Source of the DNA: Candidatus Latescibacterota bacterium
Lineage (GTDB): Bacteria > Latescibacterota > UBA2968 > UBA8231
Direction of reading: 5' to 3'
DNA: 64,000 nucleotides
Assembly: GCA_965248265.1 (NCBI GenBank)
Contig: CBDFJF010000001.1
Span: 152,822 to 216,821, forward strand
The notes beneath the pieces are model-generated. The model ran no database searches and was not told where the DNA came from. It was given only the letters and a program-made list of their open reading frames with translations. Shown here piece after piece: positions 33,301-41,620 of this stretch (position 1 is the first letter of the stretch; every line of letters starts with the position of its first letter). The position numbers were made by a program, and so were the translations under genes.

Positions 33301-34353
33301 GGCATCGGTACCCAGATCAGCCTCCGCGATCGCGCTGTCGATGATCTTCGCACTCGTGATCGAGTTATCCGCGATGTCGCCAGTACCCACTTCATTACCA
33401 CCGGTGGTCGAAATCGTGATGTTCTGTCCGACTCGCTCAATGTCGATGTTGGCACCTTCGACCAGGGTTACATCATCAGTGGCCTGGTTCAGGCTTGACA
33501 CAGCGGCCCCAGCGGCCACCTTGGAGGCCGTTACCGCAGCGTCCTGAATTTTGGCCGTCGTCACGGCATCAGCGGCAATCTGCGTGGCCGTTACAGCATC
33601 GTCGGCCAGATCCACGGTTGCGATCGTGCCATCGGCCAGTTTGGCCGAAGTCACCGCGCCATCAGCCAATTCGCCTCCAGAGGCCGTGATCGTCACCGTA
33701 TTACCGGTAGTGGCCACGGTGACATTGTTGCCGCCCGCAATGGTGACGCCGTTGGCAACGGTATTGACGCTCGTCACCACCGCTCCAGAAGCGATGTCTG
33801 CGGAGCTTATGCTGCCATCGGCGATCTTGGCTGCGGTCACGGCATCGTCGGCCAGCTCTTCATCGGTGATCGCAGCATCTGCAATCTTGTCGCTGGTCAC
33901 TGAGCCTTCCGCAAGCTGCTGCATACCCACGGCGCTCGCAGCGATCTTATCCGCAGTCACCGCACCGTCTTCAACATCCTTGGCGTAGAGGCTGTAGGGA
34001 GCCGCTACCAGCGCAATGCGGGGCGACAACTCATCGCCTGCGCCGATGGAAATGCCCAGGTAATAGGGCCGGTCAAAGGGCACTGCATCCAAGGACTCGC
34101 TCTCGCCCAGTACCACGCTGAAGAGCCCCTTGGCCGTCGTAACCGTCCGCGTCGACTCCCACGCCGCAGTACCCCCGGCAGCCTGCTCGTACAGGCGGAA
34201 GGTGATCTCATGGTCGCCATCTACGACCACATCGCCCGCGGCATCGCTCAGGTAGCCCATGTAGGAAATGGTCTTGGGCACGGCCTCCTGGGCATGGACG
34301 GTCGATAGCGAAATTGCCAGGTAAAACGCGGTGGCAAGTAGGCGTTTCATCAC
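30397..34353 (-). CDS. Giant secreted tail-fibre-like protein 1 (1318 aa): signal peptide, conserved N-domain, decapeptide-repeat stalk with 4 beta modules, variable distal region with 'GNVGIGT(T/S)SP' repeats, Peptidase-S74 intramolecular-chaperone domain, C-terminal coiled coil
   Basis: Signal peptide 'MMKRLLATAFYLAISLSTVHAQ'. Repeats 'AVTSAKIADG/TIATVDLADD...'. S74 signature 'SDRRLKMDIEEVEK...LRPVRFRYNEDY...FIAQEFQEVFPESV', then heptad-rich '...LEQDIARLTARNEQLEQRDIELRTQLDALTAAVQRLEESQLKLAAR'. Confidence 0.7.
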   Translation of the reverse strand: MMKRLLATAFYLAISLSTVHAQEAVPKTISYMGYLSDAAGDVVVDGDHEITFRLYEQAAGGTAAWESTRTVTTAKGLFSVVLGESESLDAVPFDRPYYLGISIGAGDELSPRIALVAAPYSLYAKDVEDGAVTADKIAASAVGMQQLAEGSVTSDKIADAAITDEELADDAVTAAKIADGSISSADIASGAVVTSVNTVANGVTIAGGNNVTVATTGNTVTITASGGELADGAVTSAKLADGTIATVDLADDAVTATQIAADAVTTAKIQDAAVTASKVAAGAAVSSLNQATDDVTLVEGANIDIERVGQNITISTTGGNEVGTGDIADNSITSAKIIDSAIAEADLGTDAVTSAKIADGTISAADLATDSVDADEIAAGAVDSAELAADAVTSAKIGDGTIVAADIAAGQVVTSVNSLEDAVTLAAGSNIAITPTGNTLTIDATAGGDITGVTAGTGLANGGTTGDVTLDIAAGGVGTTELAAGAVTTAKIAASAITSAEIADATIVAGDVAAGAVVKTVNSLTDAVTLAAGTNMAIAPSGNTLTFNATDTDTDTDTQNTLDGAYDEGGAGAGRTITADNGAVDIAGAGGLTVNGNVGIGTSSPNDLLEVEGAIRSSLTGTPAQHIRLESAGGFGILSTSATEHLQISPGGTAGMGLLTNGNVGIGTLNPNVLLHLHKASGVNAVFLTNNGAGAGNDSELWFDSDHDGTANWAGLGIHDGDGKLRLTGTTSLASPAMTIDDNNNVGIGTTSPGDALHINSGQMRITNSAATDLTTSNIGVINYNTGTGILDIASNSTAGGTSMRFFTSNSATAVEKMRITATGNVGINTTVPAGNLPAAFNSDSGNARVLDMRSVGAGDVGLFLTRDDGATTGLQMWHDYNTGHTYFDNLYNNADGDIRFRTKTGGTAVDAVHIQGDGNVGIGTTAPESRLHVIGGSFTGTNLKTRSAIGVLDNSGSSLAATAPHTLQHASVTGLTTNAEADAGSNAYTYGALGGFDDNWFGVAGYTKPGVAVYGRVLDGGTGYAGLFLGGNVGINTTSPTYKLQIDEGDVYIAGPTNTTHGFRMALGNFFGYIWRNQNGPYTNAMVLSTNYELDDAGADVISNVGAGTTAIALALGGTIAFQTGAVNTAPSTRMTIANSGEVGVGRAPTANPFEVEGNASKTAAGDWLANSDRRLKMDIEEVEKGMETIRQLRPVRFRYNEDYQREHPSVGNRIYYNFIAQEFQEVFPESVQDDGTGYLQVDTHSVRPVLVAAVQELDSQTRELMARNVSLEQDIARLTARNEQLEQRDIELRTQLDALTAAVQRLEESQLKLAAR

Positions 34354-34434
34354 AACAGCTCCTGAGTGAGATTTCGTATTGCGAGTATTACCAGCTTATG
34401 CCAGTGACCACACCACCAGGTTGTATAGTGGCGG

Positions 34435-34489
34435 GGTGATGGTACGGAGATTCTCAGGGTGGACCAAGCGGGGGACAGCCCCTTACGCT
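34435..34489 (-). promoter_or_regulatory. Conserved upstream box A (putative sigma70-like promoter TTGGTC-17-TACCAT on the minus strand)
   Basis: 'tagtggcggggtgatggtacggagattctcagggtggaccaagcgggggacagc', shared with 41311-41352 and 50377-50430. It lies 85-135 nt upstream of ATG 34353. Confidence 0.4.
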
Positions 34490-34990
34490 CATACGCCATC
34501 CCCAGGGCCATCAGCGTCACAGCCGAGCGCTGCATCTCGCGTGCACCCTGCAGACAGGCAATGGCGAAGTCGATCTGACCGTTCAAAGCCCGTGGAGACG
34601 AAATCAACCATCGACGTTGATTGGGCGAATATGTTCCTTAGAGGTCTGTCTGTCCGTTACGCTTGATGCAGCTGCAAGGACTCCCTTGAGTAGGGGATAA
34701 GACGATGATTTGTGGAAAGTTACGATCACATCTTAAGACGTCGACCGCACGGAAATCTTTCCAACGCTTCGAAGTTTCAAATGATCGCTTGCCACGACGG
34801 AGCACCGTCGTCAGTCTCTGTGGGCTTGGCTTGTTATCGAACGAAGGGGATGGCCGATCTGTACCGGCCGGTGGACGAAGCGCGAGATATTCTCCAGTCC
34901 GTCGATCAAATAGTCGTCGAACAGCTGGCGTTCGTTGCCAATGTCCAGGACTACCGGCCGGCGGGGTACTGTGGGTTCGGCCATTGTTGG

Positions 34991-36622
34991 CTACTCCTTC
35001 GCACGAACCCGCAGCTGCGCTGCGTCAAGCACGACCTCAGACGAAGCGGACTCGCCGCGGTTCTGCACCGCCACGTCCAGCTGATTCTCACCGCGACGGA
35101 TCTGTCTGGCATCGAGCTTGCCCTGCAGCCACTGACCTTCCTTGGGTTTTCGGTCCGGATCGGCCGGTTCCAGCCCCTCGACAGCGGCGCCGTTGAGTTT
35201 CACCGAGAAGTCGTCACCGGGAGCCCAATCCCACAGATGCAGGCTGAAATCGATGCTGCGCGCACCGGCAGATCCGACCTCCTCGCCCACCTGAAAACCC
35301 GCGGACACGGGGAGGGTAATCTCCGGGACTTCGGTGAAGCTATTGGGGCCTACAAAACACTCGATTCCGTAGAGCCTGTCTTTTCCCGCAATAGTTGCCG
35401 GTTCGCCGATCTCGCCCCACCATTCCGGCTCGCCGAACGCGGGATTGAAGAGGTAGAGCCCATCGGCGCCGGAATTGAACAGATTCGAGGCGGCTCCCCG
35501 CCACGCGGCCATTGTGCCCTCCCAGCTGTTGAACACGAGAATAAACGACGGTCTGCCGACGCGCTCGGGCTGAGCTCCGCAGAGGGTCTCTACCCACGAC
35601 CCGAACTGTCTGTATTTGCCATCGGTAAGTCCGAGAAAGGCCCAGCGACCCCAGAAGCCCCAGGACACGCAGGGATAGACCGGAACCTCGTACTTGTGTC
35701 CCAGTGCGATCATATCGTTGTAGGAACTGCAAAACACCGATTCCAAGTTGCCGCCGGGCATGAGCAGATCGATCAATCCCTCCGCCAGCCACGTTTCCAG
35801 GTCGACCCCCACGTGTATCGAATCGGCAAGGCTGAACGGCGTATGCGCCGCCAGCAGCAGTGGGCGGCCGCGGCGGTTGGCCTGCTCGTCGGCCATGTCC
35901 CGGATGCGCCGCAAGAAATCGTTCATCAACTCCAGATGCTCCGGTTCGACGGGATTGCCCTCCAGTGACTCACGGAAGAAGGGCCAGTACTTGAAGAACT
36001 CCATGCCGATACAGTCCACGTCGTAGTTCTGCGCCACCTCCTGAATGATGCCGAAGATGTGCTCGCGCACCTCCGGAATGGCGAAATCCATTTTCGTCCA
36101 GTAACAACGCGGGTGACCCCTCGGGTATTTCTCCCAATCGCCCTCCGTGCCCATCATGTATTGCGGATGGTCTCGCTTGAACTTGGCCAGACCGTAGGTC
36201 CATCGACGCGAACCCATGGGGAAGGAATCATGGGGATCGTTCATGCGCAGGCACCAAGCTGCTTCCAGGCCATGCTCGTGGCTGAAATCCAGCTGTACCT
36301 GCAAGCTGTCGCGCCCGTATTTCTCCACCAGCTCCAGCGGGATCCCCTTGCCGTAGAATCCGCCCAACTTCGTATGGTGTGAAAAGGTGAGGCCCGCCAT
36401 GCAGCTGGCGAACCAGTTGCTGTCCACCTGGGTGCCGATCAGAGGCGTGCTGCGGGCATCGAGAAAATCTTGTACCAGATCTCCGGTGGCGCGTACCGTC
36501 TGGGCTCCGGCGACGTCATACTCATGTTCCACTCCGGAGCGTGCTTCGATTACATCGTCGCCGTCGTTGTTGTAAATGATCCGGCGTTGCCGCCAGCGCG
36601 CCTTCATCCGGTCTGCATTCAC
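34991..36622 (-). CDS. TIM-barrel glycoside-hydrolase-like protein (paralog of 20756-22390), immediately upstream of fibre gene 1
   Basis: See 20756-22390. 543-aa ORF. Confidence 0.4.
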   Translation of the reverse strand: MNADRMKARWRQRRIIYNNDGDDVIEARSGVEHEYDVAGAQTVRATGDLVQDFLDARSTPLIGTQVDSNWFASCMAGLTFSHHTKLGGFYGKGIPLELVEKYGRDSLQVQLDFSHEHGLEAAWCLRMNDPHDSFPMGSRRWTYGLAKFKRDHPQYMMGTEGDWEKYPRGHPRCYWTKMDFAIPEVREHIFGIIQEVAQNYDVDCIGMEFFKYWPFFRESLEGNPVEPEHLELMNDFLRRIRDMADEQANRRGRPLLLAAHTPFSLADSIHVGVDLETWLAEGLIDLLMPGGNLESVFCSSYNDMIALGHKYEVPVYPCVSWGFWGRWAFLGLTDGKYRQFGSWVETLCGAQPERVGRPSFILVFNSWEGTMAAWRGAASNLFNSGADGLYLFNPAFGEPEWWGEIGEPATIAGKDRLYGIECFVGPNSFTEVPEITLPVSAGFQVGEEVGSAGARSIDFSLHLWDWAPGDDFSVKLNGAAVEGLEPADPDRKPKEGQWLQGKLDARQIRRGENQLDVAVQNRGESASSEVVLDAAQLRVRAKE

Positions 36623-36814
36623 GTCTCAATCTCCTCGCTCTCGGTTAATTGGATCCGGTAGTACTCGCCGGTTGGAAAAGTTCATGCTGATGCCGTCCGG
36701 ATCTTCCATATACACGCCCCAGGCCCCCTTGTTCACACCCGCAGTGATGTGGACGGGCGACGAGCGAAATTTCACGCCCGTGGCGCGCACCGACGACTTT
36801 CATATTCCTCCTCT

Positions 36815-37048
36815 TCAGAAAAGCTGATACGCTCCCCAGCCGCCGTCCACCCACAGCACTTCCCCCACGATGTAGGAAGCTTCGTCGCTGGCCAGATAGA
36901 GCACGGCTTCGGCAATCTCCTGCGGCGTGCCCAACCGCCGCATGGGGGTACGACGCTCGTACATCTCCTGCGAGGCGGTGCCTTCGGCCAGGCCTTTCTC
37001 GACCATCTCGGTCAACACCACGCCCGGCGCCAGCCCCACTACCCGCAC
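36815..37048 (-). pseudogene. C-terminal fragment of a short-chain dehydrogenase/reductase
   Basis: 'RVVGLAPGVVLTEM...RLGTPQEIAEAVLYLASDEASYIVGEVLWVDGGW' is the SDR C-terminal motif set. There is no N-terminal Rossmann part; the ANT(6) gene occupies that space on the opposite strand. Confidence 0.5.
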
Positions 37049-37067
37049 ACCGCGATCGGCCCACTCG

Positions 37068-37766
37068 ATGCACCCGACTACCGATGCTCAGTGGGATGAG
37101 GGAACGGTCGAGAAGCTGCAGAAGTGGGCAGCCGACAAGGAGGCAGTGCGTGCCGTACTTCTCACCGGCAACAGGGCAGGACCGCCAGGATCATACGATG
37201 CGTTGTCGGATTTCGATGTCGTTCTGGTCGTTCGAGATGTCCATCCTTTCCATGTGGACCGAATCTGGATAGGCGACTTTGGCGTCGTTCTGGTGACCTA
37301 CTGGGACGCACTCTATGCGGACCAGGAGACTGGACTTGAGATCTTTGCCAACGTCGTGCAGTACGAAAGTGGATTGCGGATCGACTTCACGCTTTGGCCT
37401 GTCGAAAAGGCGCGCCGGGTTGGCCAGACCTCGGAGCTCCCTGCTGGCCTTGACGTTGGTTATTCGGTGCTCGTTGACAAGGACAATCTTACGACGGGCT
37501 TCAGGGCCCCAAGCTTCATGGCGTTTGCCTCAGCAAAACCGAGCGCAGTGGAGTTTTCGCGGTTCGTTGAAGAGTTCTATAGCGATGCGCCGGCTGTCGC
37601 CAAGTTTCTGATGCGCGGCGACTTGATGCCGGCCAAGTGGGTCCTTGACCAAGACATGAAGCAGGTCTATCTGAGGCGGCTTCTGCAATGGCAGATTGCC
37701 CTGGACACTGACTGGAACGCGCAGTTCCGATCGCTTGGGAATGATCTACAGCGACGGGTATGTTGA
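37068..37766 (+). CDS. Aminoglycoside 6-nucleotidyltransferase ANT(6)/AadK-like protein
   Basis: 'VRAVLLTGNRAGPPGSYDALSDFDVVLVVRDVHPF' parallels B. subtilis AadK 'IRLVTLEGSRTNRNIPPDNFQDYDISYFVTDVESF' (recalled from memory). GC about 56%. Confidence 0.55.
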   Translation: MHPTTDAQWDEGTVEKLQKWAADKEAVRAVLLTGNRAGPPGSYDALSDFDVVLVVRDVHPFHVDRIWIGDFGVVLVTYWDALYADQETGLEIFANVVQYESGLRIDFTLWPVEKARRVGQTSELPAGLDVGYSVLVDKDNLTTGFRAPSFMAFASAKPSAVEFSRFVEEFYSDAPAVAKFLMRGDLMPAKWVLDQDMKQVYLRRLLQWQIALDTDWNAQFRSLGNDLQRRVC

Positions 37767-37997
37767 CACGAATGGCCCCGAAGTACGCACCTCTTGCCGC
37801 CCCACCGATTCCGAGTCGTCCCTTGTAAGTGGCGGCATCCGTCTCAGAAACGATTTCCGCAGCGACTCCTAGTCCCAGCAGATCCTCGAGCAGTCGCTCA
37901 CCTATCCTGTCCTTTATGGCTTCCATCTAATCCGATCTATGGACTATCTATAATGTGCCTTATCTTTCCCACCCTATCACCCTGTCTAGACCTCGAT

Positions 37998-38110
37998 ACT
38001 GACACACTGACAGAGTCCGACACAGTATCGGGAAAGGTTTTCATAGAGGGGTGAGATCCAGTATGGAGAGACTACCCGGAAGCTGGGTCTGGGTACGTCA
38101 GTGTGTCAGT
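37998..38110. mobile_element. MITE-like element copy 1 (112 bp) with 14-bp TIRs ACTGACACACTGAC / GTCAGTGTGTCAGT
   Basis: Perfect 14-bp inverted termini. The same element is at 46327-46438, with an internal 'agtccgacacag' motif. Confidence 0.5.
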
Positions 38111-38155
38111 CATGCCTCCACGGCCACAACCACGCAGGTCATCTCCGGCAATGCA

Positions 38156-38716
38156 TCACGAGTCGAGTTTCTTGGAGAAAATTGCACTGGCCTCCTGGCA
38201 CGTCGCCGCGTCACTGACTGGAATCTCGACCCACTCTCCACTGCTATGTAGGACTTCCAGTCCGCCCTCAGCCTGCCTGCAAGCGGAGAGATCGGTCCAA
38301 CTGATGAAGTCGGATCTCTTCTCCTGGGACGGGTCCGTTTTTGTCGTGCGCTCGTCGGCATCCTTTACCTTCGGTAGCAGAAAGCCAAAAAAGGGGGTGC
38401 GAGATTTTGAAATCCCATCCGTTCCCAGTTTGTAGTGGATCGGCCTCGTGAGGAACTGAGAGATCCCGAAAATGATCGCCAGAACTGCAGCAAAGACACC
38501 TCCTATCTGCCTCGTCGTCATGCTCCTGGCGGTGTGTTGCACATCGATAAGGGCGAAGGCAATCAGCAGAAGAGAAAACACAGCGGCGAACACAAGCCAT
38601 ACCATGTATCGCGCCGCAGCTGGCTTCGTGTACTCCCACTCCAGGAATATCTCATCCTCCCACTTCGGGTAGGAGAGCTTCTTCCAAGTTGGCGATGACC
38701 GCATAACCACGTCCAC
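38156..38716 (-). CDS. Two-TM membrane protein, possibly bacterial PH-domain (bPH)-like
   Basis: Two hydrophobic helices, then 'RPIHYKLGTDGIS...LEVLHSSGEWVEIPV'. GC about 50%. Confidence 0.3.
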   Translation of the reverse strand: MDVVMRSSPTWKKLSYPKWEDEIFLEWEYTKPAAARYMVWLVFAAVFSLLLIAFALIDVQHTARSMTTRQIGGVFAAVLAIIFGISQFLTRPIHYKLGTDGISKSRTPFFGFLLPKVKDADERTTKTDPSQEKRSDFISWTDLSACRQAEGGLEVLHSSGEWVEIPVSDAATCQEASAIFSKKLDS

Positions 38717-38883
38717 CTGTTTCGCCAGTCGTACTTCGTCGACCTACCGCTCCGTCAGAGCGCTCTCCGTATTCTCAAACACTCCCACATCCTGACTCAG
38801 CTCCACAATATCAAACACCTTCCTGAAGTGCTGCTTCAACTTTATGGATTATGGGCATTGTCGTCAGCGAATGATCATGCTTC

Positions 38884-39093
38884 TTAGCTCTCGGACTTGG
38901 CATTGAGCCGCTGGTCAATCGATTCCAGGCCACGTATGACTTCGTTGAAGCCCTTTTTCATCGCAATCAGAATCCCCAAAAGCACTGTCATAATTGCAGC
39001 AAGCAAGATGGTATCGATCATGATGGGTCCTCCGATGACCAATGGCGGTACGTGATCAGGCTTGTGGGTGACTTCGGCTGTGAGCTCGCTCAT
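38884..39093 (-). CDS. Small single-TM hypothetical protein
   Basis: 'PIMIDTILLAAIMTVLLGILIAMKKG'. Confidence 0.25.
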   Translation of the reverse strand: MSELTAEVTHKPDHVPPLVIGGPIMIDTILLAAIMTVLLGILIAMKKGFNEVIRGLESIDQRLNAKSES

Positions 39094-39156
39094 AATTCGA
39101 CTCCTACGACCACGATCGTCTGATCGTCCTCCTGCGTGTGGTCGTCTCCGAACCCT

Positions 39157-41286
39157 TTACTTTTCCGCCAGAAGCTCCTCCACGTGCTTCTGAAAGTCGA
39201 GCATATCGGGAGGAGTCCCGACGTAGGCATAGCGCACGATTCCTTGCTTGTCGATCACAAAGCTCGTCGGTATGGCCGTCACATTGCCGTAGTCCTTCTG
39301 TACTCGATCGTCTCCCATCAGTAACGGGAAATTCAGTTCTTCCTTCTCCGCGTAAGACCGGACTTTCTCAGCCGTGTCGTTGATCGCAATGCCAATGACG
39401 CTGAATCCGTCGTCCTCATATTGATTCTGGAGCGCGAAAAAGGTCGGCATTTCCTCCCGACAAGGGCCACACCACGTAGCCCAGAAATCGACAATCAGGA
39501 CGTGTCCCTCGAAATCGGCGAGTTTGACTTCCTTGCCGTCGATATCCTTCAGGACAAAATCAGGTGTTGGTTGGCCGACAAACTCCGCTTTGTCCTTGCT
39601 CCTCCCTGGAGGCCCGAACTCATCGACCAGTTTTGACCCTTCAGGCAGGGCGAAGGTGAAGGTGTCCTCGGGAAAGGCCGGATCGATCTCGATGGCACTG
39701 TGACGCTCGGTGACGACCATTTTCTTGGGCATCCACTGCCGTTGCTCCTCCGGCATCTCCTTGGCCATCTGTGCCATATCTACCTCAAAAGCCACCTGGC
39801 GGATCAGGTGATCTTTCTTGCCAATCCAGAGCCGTAGGTTGATCGGCTCATCCATCCCTCCCCTCAACGGGATGTGTGCTCCTTCCAGCGAACTCACTGG
39901 CACTGTCAGCTCGAAGACAGTAACGTTTGTGCCGTCCAGCTTCTCACGACCTACCTTCTTTACCCCCTCGGCGTCTTCCATCAGCTCTTTGAGCGGGTCG
40001 TCGCTCATCAAGATGGGAAATAAGTAGATACCTCCACCGAAACCACCCATTCGACTGCGTAAATCAGCGGCTGTGGCTTTCTCGGGCGCTTTCTTCTGAG
40101 TGTACTGCTTCTGTCCTTCCATCCACCTCACGTCGAGGTAGGTGGTCAACATTAGCCCATCGCTGACCATAGCGGTCTCATGCCCATGGCCCTTGGTGTC
40201 AAGTCGGAACCGATTGGGACGCTCGAAGGCGAACCACGTCGGTGTGGTCCTTTTCGTTTCCTCACCAGGCCGCTCCTGATAGATCTCCATAGTCGTGCTG
40301 TCGCGGTAGCCTCGAAGGGATTGGTATCTCGCGGCAGCCATCGCCAGCTCCTCGGGCGGTTTGATCGGAGTCGCGGCAAAATCGATAACCATCTGTTCGC
40401 CAGCGTTGAATCTGGAGACCAACTCGGACTGAAGTCGGTCCAGCGCTGGCCACAAAACCCCAGCAAGGGTCCCTAAGTCAGCATAGCTTTCCAGCAGACC
40501 CTCTGGCAACGTCGGTCCCACAGCCACCTCCAGGCCTTCGTAATCCTGCACGAAAGCTAGATCGCCTAAGCGATCTGGACGCCCTCCAGGCGTCCAGGTA
40601 ATCCAATTGCCGTCTTCCGTACCATCCGCATCGTTTACCACGACATTGAACCCAATAGTCTTTCCCGCCTGGATCTGGAGGCGTTTCGAGGGAAAGTGTT
40701 CGAAAAGCGGGATGGACCACTCGTAGATCAGGCTCTCTCCCAGGCGCACAAAGGCGGCCTGCACTCCTGAGAGCTTCGTATCCCCTCCACCAGACAAAGC
40801 GGGATTCCCATCCACCAGTGGCTTGAATCGACTTGGTCCGGGGACCATGACGTACTTCTGTGCGTCCTTCTCTCCTCCACTTTGGAGGTCTCCCGGCCTG
40901 GGGCCGCTGTGGTCGGCATCCACGTAGATCTCACACAGGTCCTGGGTCACCACATTAGGTGCCTCTGGATGCACCACCAGATCCTCGTCCCGGACCACGA
41001 TAGCCAAGTAGAGAGAATTGACCTCCAAGTCATAGCCGACGAAAAAGCCTGCCGTCAGATCCTCGGGTCCATCTGGCGGTGTGGATTTGTATGCCGAGGA
41101 CACCCACTCAATGGGATACGAGGCCATGTGATCAGGCCAGTCGTCTAGCTTACCGTCGATGGTGATGCCCGGCAGGGGAATGGCGTAGGCGGTCCTCTTG
41201 TTGTGGGCGTGAGAGGGGCCGTGTATGCCCGTCAGGAGGGCTATTGCAGCACAGATGGACGGATAGGGGATTCGCATAAATCGCAT
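39157..41286 (-). CDS. Secreted multidomain protein: CBM9/DOMON-like N-domain fused to C-terminal TlpA/ResA-type thioredoxin (thiol-disulfide oxidoreductase)
   Basis: Signal peptide. 'ITIDGKLDDWPDHMASYPIEW...'. C-terminal 'VLIVDFWATWCGPCREEMP...IPTSFVIDKQGIVRY' (CxxC redoxin). Start chosen at MRFMRIPYP. Confidence 0.65.
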   Translation of the reverse strand: MRFMRIPYPSICAAIALLTGIHGPSHAHNKRTAYAIPLPGITIDGKLDDWPDHMASYPIEWVSSAYKSTPPDGPEDLTAGFFVGYDLEVNSLYLAIVVRDEDLVVHPEAPNVVTQDLCEIYVDADHSGPRPGDLQSGGEKDAQKYVMVPGPSRFKPLVDGNPALSGGGDTKLSGVQAAFVRLGESLIYEWSIPLFEHFPSKRLQIQAGKTIGFNVVVNDADGTEDGNWITWTPGGRPDRLGDLAFVQDYEGLEVAVGPTLPEGLLESYADLGTLAGVLWPALDRLQSELVSRFNAGEQMVIDFAATPIKPPEELAMAAARYQSLRGYRDSTTMEIYQERPGEETKRTTPTWFAFERPNRFRLDTKGHGHETAMVSDGLMLTTYLDVRWMEGQKQYTQKKAPEKATAADLRSRMGGFGGGIYLFPILMSDDPLKELMEDAEGVKKVGREKLDGTNVTVFELTVPVSSLEGAHIPLRGGMDEPINLRLWIGKKDHLIRQVAFEVDMAQMAKEMPEEQRQWMPKKMVVTERHSAIEIDPAFPEDTFTFALPEGSKLVDEFGPPGRSKDKAEFVGQPTPDFVLKDIDGKEVKLADFEGHVLIVDFWATWCGPCREEMPTFFALQNQYEDDGFSVIGIAINDTAEKVRSYAEKEELNFPLLMGDDRVQKDYGNVTAIPTSFVIDKQGIVRYAYVGTPPDMLDFQKHVEELLAEK

Positions 41287-41310
41287 CGGTGTCAGCTCAG
41301 AGTTGGCCGA

Positions 41311-41352
41311 TAGGGTACGGAGATTCGGAGGGTGGACCAAGCGGGGGACAGC
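41311..41352 (-). promoter_or_regulatory. Conserved upstream box B (TTGGTC-17-TACCCT), about 20 nt upstream of ATG 41286
   Basis: 'tagggtacggagattcggagggtggaccaagcgggggacagc'. Part of a 356-bp module (41305-41660) duplicated from 50378-50790. Confidence 0.4.
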
Positions 41353-41620
41353 TTAACTCATTATAGTGGCCGTCAGACGGGCTCTGAGGCTATCTGACGT
41401 CAGTGCAGACGTGCAGATACTTGGATTAGGGTCCCCCCACTTTCACGAATCCGCAAGAAGGGGTGCCGGGTCTGGGGGGGCGAGGTGGCTGGTGGAGGGG
41501 CACCCAGTGGCCAGGCGTGCTCCGAAACGCTGCCGAAGGTACAGAGGAGGTAGAAAACGACGGCCAGCCAAACGGAGAGCTCTAACTAACTCCCTGTATT
41601 TTCAGGGATTAGATCCTCAC

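Noticed and set aside
32672-33547. Highly periodic DNA, with a period of about 30 nt, inside the fibre genes that superficially resembles a CRISPR array or a tandem satellite.
   Set aside because: The periodicity is in-frame, coding for decapeptide repeats. Spacers are not unique and no cas genes or leader are present. This is a protein-repeat region, not CRISPR.
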